Shown piece after piece: positions 1-11,122 of a stretch of 64,000 bases of DNA. Made by a program: the position numbers and the translations under genes. The stretch is from Camelus ferus (taxonomy: Eukaryota), in contig NC_045697.1 of the NCBI RefSeq assembly GCF_009834535.1, positions 17,114,001 to 17,178,000 on the forward strand. Reading direction: 5' to 3'. How positions within the stretch are numbered: the first letter of the stretch is position 1; each line of letters starts with the position of its first letter. The notes under the pieces are model-generated. The model saw only the letters and a list, made by a program, of their open reading frames with translations, searched no databases and was not told where the DNA came from.

Positions 1-739
1 AGAGAAAAGTGACTAATTCAAAGTTCCAGAAGAGGCTCAAACAGTAAAACAGTAACATAATTTACACCCAAGTGATCAGCCCTATCCTCAGAATTAGATT
101 TGAATCCGTACAGCACACCCAGGGGTTGCCAATTTCATATAGCTTTGTTAACCTCATTCCCGGTCGTTGCCAGAACTGGCTGAGAAAGTGTACGCAGTGT
201 GTTCATGCAGCAAAAGTGAGATCATTTATTAACGTCGTGCTGTGGCTATGGGGATGGGAATGGAGTCACAGGGCCTGTTTCACCTACCAAAGATTTCTAC
301 CAGCCCACAGATGAAGAGATTTGGGGATACAGACTAGCATTCCATAATGCCCATCAACTCAAATGAAAGCTCTTGCAGGGAAGAACTTCATGTCTTCTGT
401 TCCTCTCTTCCCCTGTTCCACCTAACATCTGGTTAGGAATATTGCTGCCCCCTGAAAGATACATGTGGCTTGATAAGAAACATCCCAGGAGGGTTGTAAG
501 CCAACCTTGATTTGTGGCTACAAAGACCAAATAAAGCACATTCAGAACCTTCTGTTTCCAACACAGGGACCTGGATTTCTTTCCCGGAAGACTCAGAGAG
601 AAGGTGGCAGCCTCCCCACTCCTGGGGAGAAAGTGTATCAACCACAAGCTCCTTGCAGATTCAGATTCTTTTGCTTTGGAACCAGAGAGAAGGAAATTGA
701 CCTACCCTCACCCAGGAACCATGACACCTCTGCCTGGAC

Positions 740-885
740 CCCAGCTGTATTCGAGATTTACCGTGTGGCCTTGGGCAGCTCGTTCAACCTCTCACAACCT
801 CTCAGTGTCTTAATTTCTTCATCTGGAAAATGAAGATGCTACCTACACCACGGGCACAACGTTTCAAGGTTAATGCATGAGGTGG
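740..885 (+). mobile_element. MIR SINE fragment
   Basis: Degenerate MIR core: tgtggccttgggcagctcgttcaacctctc...aatttcttcatctggaaaatg. Confidence 0.7.
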
Positions 886-1899
886 ATATTGAAATGCACC
901 ATTGCAGGGGAACGTCTAATTCGGGGGAGGCAGTCAGGCACAGCAGCGCACTTCTGGGTGGTTATAACATATGCGGGATCGCAAAACGGGGCCCTAAGGT
1001 TAGTAGCACACATGACGAGTGCAATTTGCAGTACACCACCTGGTGTCTTTTATTGTTATTGCCAAGTGCAGTTGATAAAGCAAACAAAGGAAAGGGGCAG
1101 GAGCCCTCATTTATCAAACATATTGATACAAATCTGATATTGACAGGCAACAGGCCGCTTTTAGATTCAGATCAATAAATCCATTTCATGATACAGTACA
1201 ATCCCAACACTTTGGCCCCAAATCCATCCATCTAGATATTAGAAATCCATCCTGCTTTGCCTGCAGTCTGTCAAATGTCACCATGGAGTGCAGAAGCCAC
1301 CCTGCCAAGTCTATATCCTGAACTAAATCCCAATGGAAACTTCCCAGATATAAATAACCACTAAGAACATACAGGGAAGAAAAATAGCTATGAAGTTTCA
1401 CTCGTACTTTTTTTTTCCTTTTCGCCTATGACAAGTAAAAAAAAAATCATAGAGTTACTCACTCCAAAAACAATCTAAAACCAGAAGGTTTAACCAATTC
1501 AATTTTCTAGTCACTGTGACAACTGTTTTCATCCGTGGAACAGCATTTGGGGCACGTATACAGGCCTAATCCCGTGGTGCCCTCACGGGCAGGCTCCGCT
1601 GGAAACTCTGAGAGAAGCTTCCGTTCCCGTGGGCAGTGGCATTTGATGACACTCAGAATCTCATGCCATGAAGGCAGGTTCTTTATTTACAGTCTGAGAG
1701 GGAGAACCTTTCCTTCTACTTCTGAGTTGATTATTGTGATCCCGGGGAATCAGTGGCAAGGAAAGTCCAGTTTAACAGGGAGTGGGGAAACCCACTCGGT
1801 GTCTGCAAGGCCCCAGAGAGTAGCAGAAAGAAAACGGAACGCTGAGCTTGAAAACTGGCATAGCCAGACTTAAATCAGGCAGAACCAAAAGCACATGGT

Positions 1900-2037
1900 C
1901 TCAGTTAAATCATTTTGCCTCCTGGAGCCTCAATTTCCCCACTGCCCATGGTGAAGAGAGCTGTGTGAGAATGAAATCGCATGAAACCCCTGGCACAATG
2001 CCTATCGCATAGTAAGTGCTCAGTAAATATTTGTTGA
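1900..2037 (+). mobile_element. MIR fragment with MIR/L2-type 3' end
   Basis: gagcctcaatttcccc...gcatagtaagtgctcagtaaatatttgttgaa. Confidence 0.65.
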
Positions 2038-3049
2038 AACACAATCTGAAACGAGAAATACTGAATTATTGATAGCTCTTGTTAACCAATGGGCAAAAGT
2101 TTATGTATTCAATGCATACCTTTTCCCAAGCACTATATGGGGGGGATGAAGAGGTAAGAAGAACAGATTACAATGTTGATCTCAGGTGAAGACAGAGAAA
2201 ATGCACAGGACTGGATAAGCAGACCAGTGGTCTCTCCATATGAGACCCAGATCTGGGCAGGCATCCCACCCACATCCAGGACTGGGAGCCGGGTAACTGT
2301 CCAAACACATGCCTTGCCCCATAGTAGCTAGTTACACTCCAGCTTCTTACAACTTACAGAATAACACCTGTGCTCCTTTCCCCAGGAAATGCAAATTCAT
2401 TGTAGTATTAGCCTCAAACACGTTGTTAGGAAGATAAATCTGCTGCAAATATAAACACCTAAGCATGGATTGGTTTAGGATTATCTAAACATCCAAAAGA
2501 AAGATTCCAGGGCAGACACAAGTGCCATCCTGAAAGCTGAAGGTAAATGAAAATGCCACATAGAGTGTTCAACTCTTTTTCCTATTGACTTGAACTAGGC
2601 ATCTGCATTCTTGGGGCATGGCCTTTTTGATATCTGGCCTCAGGGCACAATGAAAGAAGATGGGGGAAAAGAGAAGAGGAAGGAGGAGGGAAGGAGGAAG
2701 AAGAGGAGGAGAAACTAAAAATCTCCCCAAAAGCCTAGACCTCAGTCCGGCCACTCAAGAGACATTCAGAGCCAAGGGGGTGGAAGGTCAGGGAGTGGAA
2801 GGAGGATTTTTTTTCCCCTTCCCAGTGGAATTACTAGAAATGGGAGAGCACTCAACAAGCTACAAGGACTTCCCTTCTCCTGGCTTCTCTTCCAAGGGGA
2901 AACTGACTTGCTTCTTTCCCAGAACTTAAAGGATCTGTTGTTGCTTTACACAGAATGAATATTTAAAGGCAACAGTGGTAGCTCCAGTCTCTCCTTGCCC
3001 CTGGAATTTCCCAGGCCAAAATCATCTGGGGACCGTCCACAGGATCTTC

Positions 3050-3215
3050 GTCATATTAGATGTCACCCTTACTATTATTTGTTTTATATGACTCATTTAA
3101 ATCAAGTCTTTTTTTTTTATTATTGTTCTAGGCAGTAAGATCTATAAAACCATGGTTTTTATTGTGCTAGTTATATTTTCCTAATACACACTAAGATAAA
3201 TCATTATTATTAAAA
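3050..3215. mobile_element. Old hAT-Charlie-type DNA transposon fragment (possibly MER113-like)
   Basis: tgtgctagttatattttcctaatacacactaagataaat resembles a Charlie/MER internal segment; subfamily uncertain. Confidence 0.45.
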
Positions 3216-3403
3216 TAGCATAACGTAGAGGTTAGAAGTGCAGATGCTGACTGCATTCAAATCCTGGCCCTGTCATTACTAGCTCTGTGATCTTGGGCAA
3301 GTTACTTAACCTCTCTGTGCCTCAGCTTTATGATCTGCTAAATAAGAATACCTGCTTCATAGAGTCACTCTGAGGATTAAATTAGTTAATAGTTGCAAAA
3401 TAC
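3216..3403 (+). mobile_element. MIR SINE
   Basis: ttcaaatcctggccctgtcattactagctctgtgatcttgggcaagttacttaacctctctgtgcctcag is the canonical MIR core. Confidence 0.9.
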
Positions 3404-3647
3404 TGGTAGGAAACTTCTAGTTTCATCTAGAACCTTCCACATGAACACCACTATTGGGAGCACTGAAGGCACACCAGCCTACACCCTCTCTTAACTCAGG
3501 ATCTGCTTGTGTTTTTGCTCTTCTCAGGGATGCTGTATTGGTCCCCCTCCAGCACCCCATCCAAAAACCAAAACCAGACCCAGTAGACAAGATGCTCTCA
3601 TTCCTGCCCTCTTGAAAGCCTCCCCATTTTACAGTCCATGTCAAATA

Positions 3648-3862
3648 GAATAGTAATTACAACCACTTACTGACCATCTATTACTTGGCAGGCCCTGTGT
3701 TCAGGCCTTCAAATACATCATCTAATATAATCTCCATTTTTACCCTATGAGGAGAGCCCAAGCTTAAAGAGATTCGGTGATTTTCCTAAGGTCCTCACCT
3801 AGTTAAGCAGAAGAGTCAGGATTCAAATCCAGGTCCATCTGACTCTGCAGCCTGTGCTTATC
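3648..3862 (-). mobile_element. MIR SINE
   Basis: cctaaggtcctcacctagttaagcagaagagtcaggattcaaatccaggtccatctgactc is a reverse MIR. Confidence 0.85.
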
Positions 3863-4179
3863 CTGCTGGGCCGTGAGGCCCCACCACAGAGGTCCCTCTT
3901 CCAAGAACCCATCACAGCATCCGGAGAGACATGAACTTTCCTCCTTCTCCCACTGGACCTAGAAAAGCCTACTTTATAATTATTTACCTGTGTGTCTTTC
4001 CCCTTCTGTTAATCAAGACAATCTTTCCTATTTTAAGCATTTTGGAAAGAAATCATCCCTAAAATTTCCTTGAATTTAAAAAAGGATCACATCCTCGGTT
4101 GAATGTAACTTTTTTTTACAACTCCAGTCATGGCAATATTCTATACTACAGACATGACTTTAGGACAATTCCTGTGACT

Positions 4180-4260
4180 GTTAAAAACATCAGACACCTG
4201 AGTCCCTCCCTGGATCTACTGAATCAAAATCTCTGGGTTAAGGACCAGGAGTCACTCAAA
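4180..4260. mobile_element. MER5A-like hAT-Charlie fragment
   Basis: ctccctggatctactgaatcaaaatctctggg...ccagga. Confidence 0.6.
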
Positions 4261-5329
4261 TTTCAGAATCACCGCCGCAGGCTGTGTATGCGCATTTGAC
4301 CCTGCTTGATCCTCCTAAACAACGCCTGTGTTTTAGATCCTGTGTCTACTTTTCATGGTTTTTCTGACCTCTCCCACCTGCAAGTTGACAGCTATCGTTT
4401 CTCACTGCCAACCAACATTTCCGCATGGCATTTTCCCTACTTTTATCTTCCAGCCACCAGGGCTATGATTTCCAAACTCCGTCTTTTCAGTTTTAGCACA
4501 CTTTCCTGAAAACGGATTCTCAGGCAGAGGCCAAGGTAAAGCACATAATATCAGAGCTATCCTGACTGAACAGGAGTGAGTGCCTGGATTCCAGTGCTGG
4601 CTTCACTCCCTTCCCTCAGCCCCAGTGCCACCCACGGTGGTCCTGAGGCCCTTCCCCAGACTCCCTACGCTTCACAGAGAGTGTTTTCAAAACCACTGAA
4701 ATAACATAATCTTCTGGCAGATTTTGCCACACATTTACAGTGACAGCTCATTTTTTTTTTTTACAAATATTGAAGATTATCAGAAAAGGGTTTTTTTCAT
4801 GAAAGTTTATCAGTATAATCCAAAGTCAAGCATGTATTCCTTTTTATTTGAGAGCATATCACCAAATTTATAAATAGCCCCTATATTATACTTGCAAAGT
4901 CACTCCTTACAGTGACTATTCTTAACATGGAAAACGGTGATCTCATTGTATGAGTACTTGGACCACCATCTACTTTTAAAAGGTTCTCAGAAAAATAATG
5001 GTCAAGGAAATTTGCCTTTTAAAAAAAACTCTCTCTTCTGTGAAAGCATCCAGAAAATATCAGAGTATCCAGGAAAACTTTCTAACCTTTTAAAATTTGG
5101 GGCATCTTACATTGGCCGTGTTCTAAATACGTTAGTAGTATACTGTCTAAAAATAAGTTTCAAGCAGCAGTTTTTAAACTTGAAAAAAATTTAAGCAAAG
5201 TTCTCTTATGCCCTTTTTGGCTTTTTCTTCCAAAATGTTTAATGTTGAGATGTACAATTTAGGAAGCAAATTTAACATTACATGCAGTAAAGGTGGGCAG
5301 ATGTGGAGGGTACTTGATTTCTCTGGTGA

Positions 5330-5482
5330 ATTAGCACAAAGTTCAAAGTCACATCTACAGAGAGAGATACTGTCACTGTGGCCAGAGTGTGACAATTAAT
5401 GAATGTAAGTAAAAGGTGTGCAGTGTCCTTTTTACTGTTCTTTCAACTTTTCTGTAGCTTTGAAATTTTTCAAAATAAAATC
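5330..5482 (+). mobile_element. L1ME-type 3' end fragment
   Basis: tactgttctttcaacttttctgtagctttgaaatttttcaaaataaaa is a typical old L1 3' terminus. Confidence 0.65.
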
Positions 5483-5525
5483 AGAGGGAAACATTCAAAC
5501 ATGCATACAAATAAAGCACAGCGAT

Positions 5526-5699
5526 CAGGGCCTGGACTAAGGTGAGGAAACTGAGGCATCTAAGGTGCAAAATTTAAGGAAGCAGCTGTAGGACCCTGAG
5601 GGTGAGTGCCTTCAGGGCACTGGCACAACTGTGAGAGTAAGCACCTCCTTAAATTTTGCACTGGCGGTGTCTCATTTGCTTCACCCTAGCCAGGCCCTC
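5526..5699. mobile_element. MER96 (hAT-Tip100) palindromic MITE
   Basis: Inverted arms cagggcctggactaaggtgagg...gcaaaatttaagga and tccttaaattttgc...cttcaccctagccaggccct. Confidence 0.85.
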
Positions 5700-6003
5700 A
5701 TACTCCACATTAGCAAACTGCAGTAATCCTAAAGAGAGGAAGCTCAAAATCAATGTTATCCATGCATTTATTCACCAGTCAAGTACTGAGTCCCAGGTAC
5801 ATGCTAAGTGCCTACGCAGCTAGGAACCTATTCTGTGCTAATAAACCACTTTGACTCTCAGACAAAATAATCTTAAACCAAATTCCTGTCATTCCAGTAT
5901 TCATCTCTGTGTTAGGTGCCAGGGACACTATGAGGACAGACCAGTCCCTGCTAAAATACTTCACCATCTGCCAGACAGACACTGCTTTAATGCTATGATT
6001 TTT

Positions 6004-6056
<53 letters not shown>
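6004..6056. repeat. (ATC)n microsatellite, about 17 units
   Basis: Perfect atc run; produces the poly-Ile in ORF 5851..6138. Confidence 0.98.
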
Positions 6057-6084
6057 ATCTATCGGCACGTCTATTCTCTCAGTT

Positions 6085-6192
6085 CAATTGAACCATTTCA
6101 GGGCAGGGAATGAATATTATTCATCTTTGCTTTTTTGACACCCAGGATGGTGATAGATAAAGTATTTAATAAATATTCCTGGAATGGATGAA
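6085..6192 (+). mobile_element. L2 3' end fragment
   Basis: cagggcaggga...tttaataaatattcctggaatggatgaa. Confidence 0.6.
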
Positions 6193-6269
6193 ACCATAAA
6201 TCTACTTATTTGTTCCCCCTCAAAGATTTGCCACATTCAGATGACTATGAGATTTCCACCCGGATTGCC

Positions 6270-6495
6270 TAATAACACTAGCTAACATGTACCGGGTGCT
6301 TACAACCCCCTGGTATTTCCAGAGCTCTTTCTGTCTATTAACTCAATTAAGCCTTGCAACCAGGCTTAGAAGCTCCTTTTACAGATAAGCACACAGGAGA
6401 GATTGAATATCTTTCCCAGGGCCGCACAGCAGGTAAGAGGCCACACCAGGGTCTGAACCCAGGAGCTCAGCTCTGGAACCTGCCCTCTCAGTGAC
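6270..6495 (-). mobile_element. MIR SINE
   Basis: ttttacagataag...cccagggccgcacagcaggtaagaggccacaccagggtctgaacccagg. Confidence 0.8.
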
Positions 6496-7834
6496 TCCTC
6501 TAAGCCGTCTCACACTTGTGACTCAGGAGTGTGACCCATCCCCAGACAGCACTCATCTCCAGCTTGCTTTTCACCCATTATTACCTAGAAAGATCGAGAG
6601 GGCACCAGGGATGCTTTTAGCAAAGTGATCCTCAACTCCCACAGCCAAGTCCGACTTTGGGGGACTTCCTGCTTAATTTCACCTTGCCTAAATATAACCA
6701 CCTAAAAATAACCTGAAAGGGAAGTGTCTCAGAACGGCCAGAGGAGCCGCAGTACACTGCAGAGGACGTGACGAGAAAGAATGATCCCAGCCTCCGTAAA
6801 ACACTGCCTTCCGACACCAGCCAGTGGCATATTGGGATGAGAAAACAAAGTCTCCAATTATTGAAATTCCATAGTGTATTTAATTATGCAATTATCTTAT
6901 TGTATTAACAAGTGCTCAGGCACAGCAGCAATGGCTGAGATTTTTGCAATTTGGAACTGCACGATTTAGTCTTTCCCTCAGCTGATTCCTTCTCATGGGT
7001 CTGTCCATTTTTCTGGGATGAGGGAAATGATCTTATTTTGGAACTGCTTCATTCAGAAATCGAAGGCAAATTAGACACCCCCCCCCACCTCTGGCCACTC
7101 TAACTTTTAAGTGTGAACCCACTCCTGACAGCATATTTCAGGGGGAAAGGTCTGCAAATTCTTATCACTTTAGATTTCATTAATCGCTTTAGGCTCTTTC
7201 CTCTTTTGAAATTCAAATAAATATAAAGTAAAATACAAATAAAAAAGCAGTTATACAAATTACATAGTTTCAACGATGTGAATACATTTCCCAAATACAT
7301 TCCTGTTGATCTGCTTAATAAGGACTTGTCCCAAGGGGTGCATATATCAGACTGTAAAACCCAGAGTATTTCATCAAAGCATGGCAAATAGGTGTGCTGG
7401 GATATTATCATGCACTTCTATTTGCCACAGTTACCTCGGCAAATATGAAATGTAATCATGCAAAATTAAACATTCCATACATTTTCTATTCATTCTCTAA
7501 CATTCTCCCTATACTGTGAAATAGGCTATCACACTTTCCAGTTTACAGGGACAAAAGGTAAATCAAATTTCTTGTTTCTGAAAGCATTCCGAGTAATAGG
7601 TCTTTGCGCTTTGGGCTTTTCATCTAAGTGTCACCAGGCTCTTTGCACATAAAACATAGTTAATCCCTACATCCCTACCCAATGGGACTCCTCCTGGCTG
7701 GTACTCACGGAGAAGCCATACCTTCATTTTCTCAAGCTAAATTTGGTCCAGGCTCTTAGGAATGATGTTTCATTGAGCAAGACCAGGAGGAATAATCCTA
7801 TGGAGGAAAACCTGGCTCCTTCTCTCAAATAAGA

Positions 7835-8070
7835 AATAACTAAGAATACAAACTCTGGCCCCCAAATGCCTAGTGTCTGAATCCCAATTTGCGGCCATTT
7901 AGCTGTGAGATGATGGTGCAAGTCCCCTCTGCGTCCCTGAGCTTCAGTTTTTGTAGAAGTGAACTGGGGATAATCCCAGTACATGTCCCACAGCATCGTC
8001 AGGCAGATGTAACGAGCTACTACATGTAAGTCACTTAGAACACAGCCTGGTCCTGCCCCGATAGGACACC
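7835..8070 (+). mobile_element. MIR SINE
   Basis: tctgaatccca...tagctgtgagatgatggtgcaagtc...tgtaagtcacttagaacacagcctgg. Confidence 0.8.
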
Positions 8071-8104
8071 TGAGGGCTTTCAAAGCCATCTCCCAACAAG
8101 GACC

Positions 8105-8235
8105 TCACTGGGGTCTCACTGTCTCCCTGTGAAGCCTGGGGAACAGATGCTGTTATGCCCATTTTACAGGTGAAGAAAGTGAGATTCAGAAAGGGCTACT
8201 GGTGGCCAGGACTAGAACCCCCGAACCCCACCTGC
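8105..8235 (-). mobile_element. MIR SINE fragment
   Basis: tatgcccattttacaggtgaagaaagtgagattcaga. Confidence 0.75.
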
Positions 8236-9089
8236 TATTCTTCCACTATTTCTCTTTACATGCAGAACAAACTGACTCAGTGTCCCAGACAGACCCCTGC
8301 TTATTTTCCTCCGGGGTGGGGGCAGGGGCGGGGAGAGGGTCTTGTTTCAAAGGAGACACGGGAAGCATTCTGGTGCCAGACTTATCTTGCATAGCAAAAG
8401 AGACCCAGATCAGCAGAAGACACGTCGACAAGACTGCCTTAATCATGATTTCTGCTAACTACGAAATGAAAGTTAATTTCATGCCTTGCATTCACAGACA
8501 AAAAGGTTCAGAGCTGTTTAAATTCTCTTCAGCCCAATGACAGTTAGTAAACAGGAGGCTTCGTGTTCTAATGCTTGAAATCACCCTTCGTATCTCAATA
8601 TATTATTTATGCACTCGGCTTAAAATAAACAGCAACTCGCAAGGAGGTGAGTGGTCTCATCCAGGATGAACCTTTTTTTCTCACTCTGACAGTTACTTTA
8701 AAACATCGGTAAACAACCTTAATTCACTTCTAACAAATTAGTAGGCCACTGCTGTGTCTCCAGGAGGCAAGCAGATTGTATTATTAACCAAAACAACTTT
8801 CTCCCTGTCAATCATCTGCACCTCACACAGGGACGTGGGCTTTGCTGTGTCATGACGCAAACCCATCCATGGGCATCCATGGTTCCAGATGATTCCTTCG
8901 AGGTCATTCTCTTCCAGACCTTTGATTAGATCTCTTGATTCTGAGATGCAGAATGGGGCCTGCAGAAGGGAGACTCTCAGTACTGCTTGTTAAGAAAGAT
9001 ATAGACAATGAGAACCTTCCAGAGGGTACAGAGTTGGGAAGTCTTGGCAGACAAGTTCTGCCTGCGGAGGGAAGGGTCGCAGACAAAGA

Positions 9090-9400
9090 CCACTTTACAG
9101 GAGACCCAATAAGTTCCACCAAACACTTGAAAGGGGTCACTTTGGAGAAGGAAGCCTGGTGCTTTGTAGGAGTGGATAGTAAAATTAGGATCCAAGTGTG
9201 GAAGATACGGAGTGGGTAGATTTGGGTTCAATTCAAGAAAGAATGCTGTAACTGAGAGTTGCATCTTGAGGTAGTAGGTCTGCCTCTGGGGGCGCCTGAG
9301 CACCCATCAGGTGGCATCCTCAGAACTGGCCAAGAACTAGGACTAGAGATGAGATGTGCATGGACCTTCCCAGATATAGACCTTACAGCCCCGTGAATCT
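9090..9400 (+). mobile_element. L3 (CR1) LINE 3' end fragment
   Basis: aaacacttgaaagggg...aattaggatccaagtgtggaagatac...agatttgggttcaattcaagaaagaa...gaggtagt...ggactag resembles the L3 3' end. Confidence 0.6.
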
Positions 9401-10274
9401 CAGGGTGAATCAATAAAATGGGCTTCAATCAGCAGTCACAATCATTTTTAAGTTTCTCTATGTTTGGAGTCTTTAAAGGGTGATGGCCACCCTTCAACTA
9501 TGCACAGACCACGGGTTAAGCTAGGCACGTGGTTGGCCATTCTACGGCTGTTCGTTACGACACCAGACCATTGGTTGTCCTAGCAAAATTAAAATATGTC
9601 CCGTGCAGCAGAGAAAATCAGCTGAAGCAGTTGCTTTGGGGATTACACAGTTTCTGCCCGCTCTCTAGCTTTGTGGCTTGCAGCCCTTGGTCATTCCGTG
9701 GACAGGAGGCCACTCCCAAGTCACCTGGGCCATCACATGGCCAGGGAAGGGTGATCTACACTTAAATTCACCACTGCAGTTGGCCGGCTGCCCCACCCCA
9801 AGTCTGGAAACATAATACTTAGCAACTTGTCTAAAAGATGTCTGGTTCAGTTTCACCATTAACAAAACATTGCTGACTTCAGCAAAACATTCAGTGTCTC
9901 CCCGAAACCAACCATTGCTTTGAGACACAAACGGACTGCTCAAAACACAGAGTTAAATGCAAATCAGAAAGAAAGGGAGAGAGCGGTGAAGGAAGAGAAA
10001 TAAAGATACCATGCATTCATATTCAGGGTTTATAACAACATTTTAAACACAATATGCACACATGTATTCTTCCAAATTGTCTAGTAAACATTGACTGAAT
10101 ATTTGGGGTGGGGTGGGGTCAGGCTTTTCTACATCCAACATATTAACAAATCATTAGAGAGTTCAGAAATATTAAATTTTTCAAAGGAAGTCACATTATC
10201 CATATCTGGGTGTGAAACTTGGTGTTACTGATTTCCTAATACAGCAAGAACAGACATCTGATATGTGCACTTTG

Positions 10275-10430
10275 GAGTAACAGAACAGAACATGACAATA
10301 ATGTGTTATACTTACAAAGTACCCTTCATCCATGGGGCTCCAATTTTACCAATATTAGTTCACTGATTTTCGCAAAAAACCTGAAAGGCAGAGGGTAAGT
10401 TTGCGTTACCCCCACTTTGCAGATGGGGAT
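10275..10430 (-). mobile_element. MIR fragment
   Basis: ttacccccactttgcagatgggga. Confidence 0.55.
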
Positions 10431-10685
10431 ACAAAAATGCAATAGGAGAATCAATTACTGGTCTGTTATAGTGAAAGAATTCAGTAACAGGAGGGCAAGA
10501 ATCACATCTTTCATCCTCCCTGTCAGAATGCAACGTGCCCACCCGTCTTTGCCTTGGGGACTGATATTTCCCAAGAAAATTCCACCACAATCTGAATATC
10601 TTAAACACATACTTCCCCGGGTAAGACAGGGCTGAGTGTAACCCCTTGGTCCAAAGAGCCCAGAGACCAATATTCCTTCAATAAC

Positions 10686-10722
10686 AAAAAAAAAAAAAAA
10701 AGAAAGAAAGAAAGAAAGAAAG
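10686..10722. repeat. Poly(A) followed by (AAAG)n
   Basis: Seen directly. Confidence 0.95.
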
Positions 10723-10989
10723 CTTCCTATATCCAGTTCAAACAAGGAGGAAAAATTAGATTGACAACATACAATCAACCAACTAAAATTTGGCCTGAAA
10801 ATAATGTTACTACTGTTCAGTTTGTTATATATGTACTTATGTTCACATGTCAGCATATGGACTTGTCTTTAAAAATTATTCCAAGGAAGTCAGAAGCTTC
10901 AGAAGTAATCTCGCTAACAGCATTTTTAGAAGGGTATATTTTTAACAGTCCTTTCTAGGACACCCCATCCTTTCTGCCACTCTCAGGCC

Positions 10990-11122
10990 ATTGACTCACG
11001 CATTGACCAAATAACCAGTATTCACTGGGTTCTGACTATGTATAAGGTTAGCACTCCATGTGGTTTTTGGAGGACCAAAAACGTGTATGACACAGGCCCC
11101 ATCATCAAGAAACTTATAATTT
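10990..11122 (-). mobile_element. L2 fragment
   Basis: cattgactcacgcattgaccaa...gacacaggcccc...caagaaacttataat. Confidence 0.55.

Noticed and set aside
3216..3862. Inverted MIR pairs as dsRNA-forming elements (also 7835-8235 and 33270-33640)
   Set aside because: The copies are too diverged for long duplexes, and such pairs are expected at this MIR density.
5851..6138. Poly-Ile transmembrane-like ORF
   Set aside because: Artefact of the (ATC)n microsatellite.
6585..6712. Possible minus-strand exon (ctttcag ... TAG|gtaata)
   Set aside because: Weak donor, stops in the tested frames and no recognisable peptide.
9267..9279. TGAGGTAGTAGGT, identical to the first 13 nt of let-7
   Set aside because: The match stops at 13 nt, no complementary hairpin arm is visible, and it lies in the gaggtagt segment of an L3 3' fragment.
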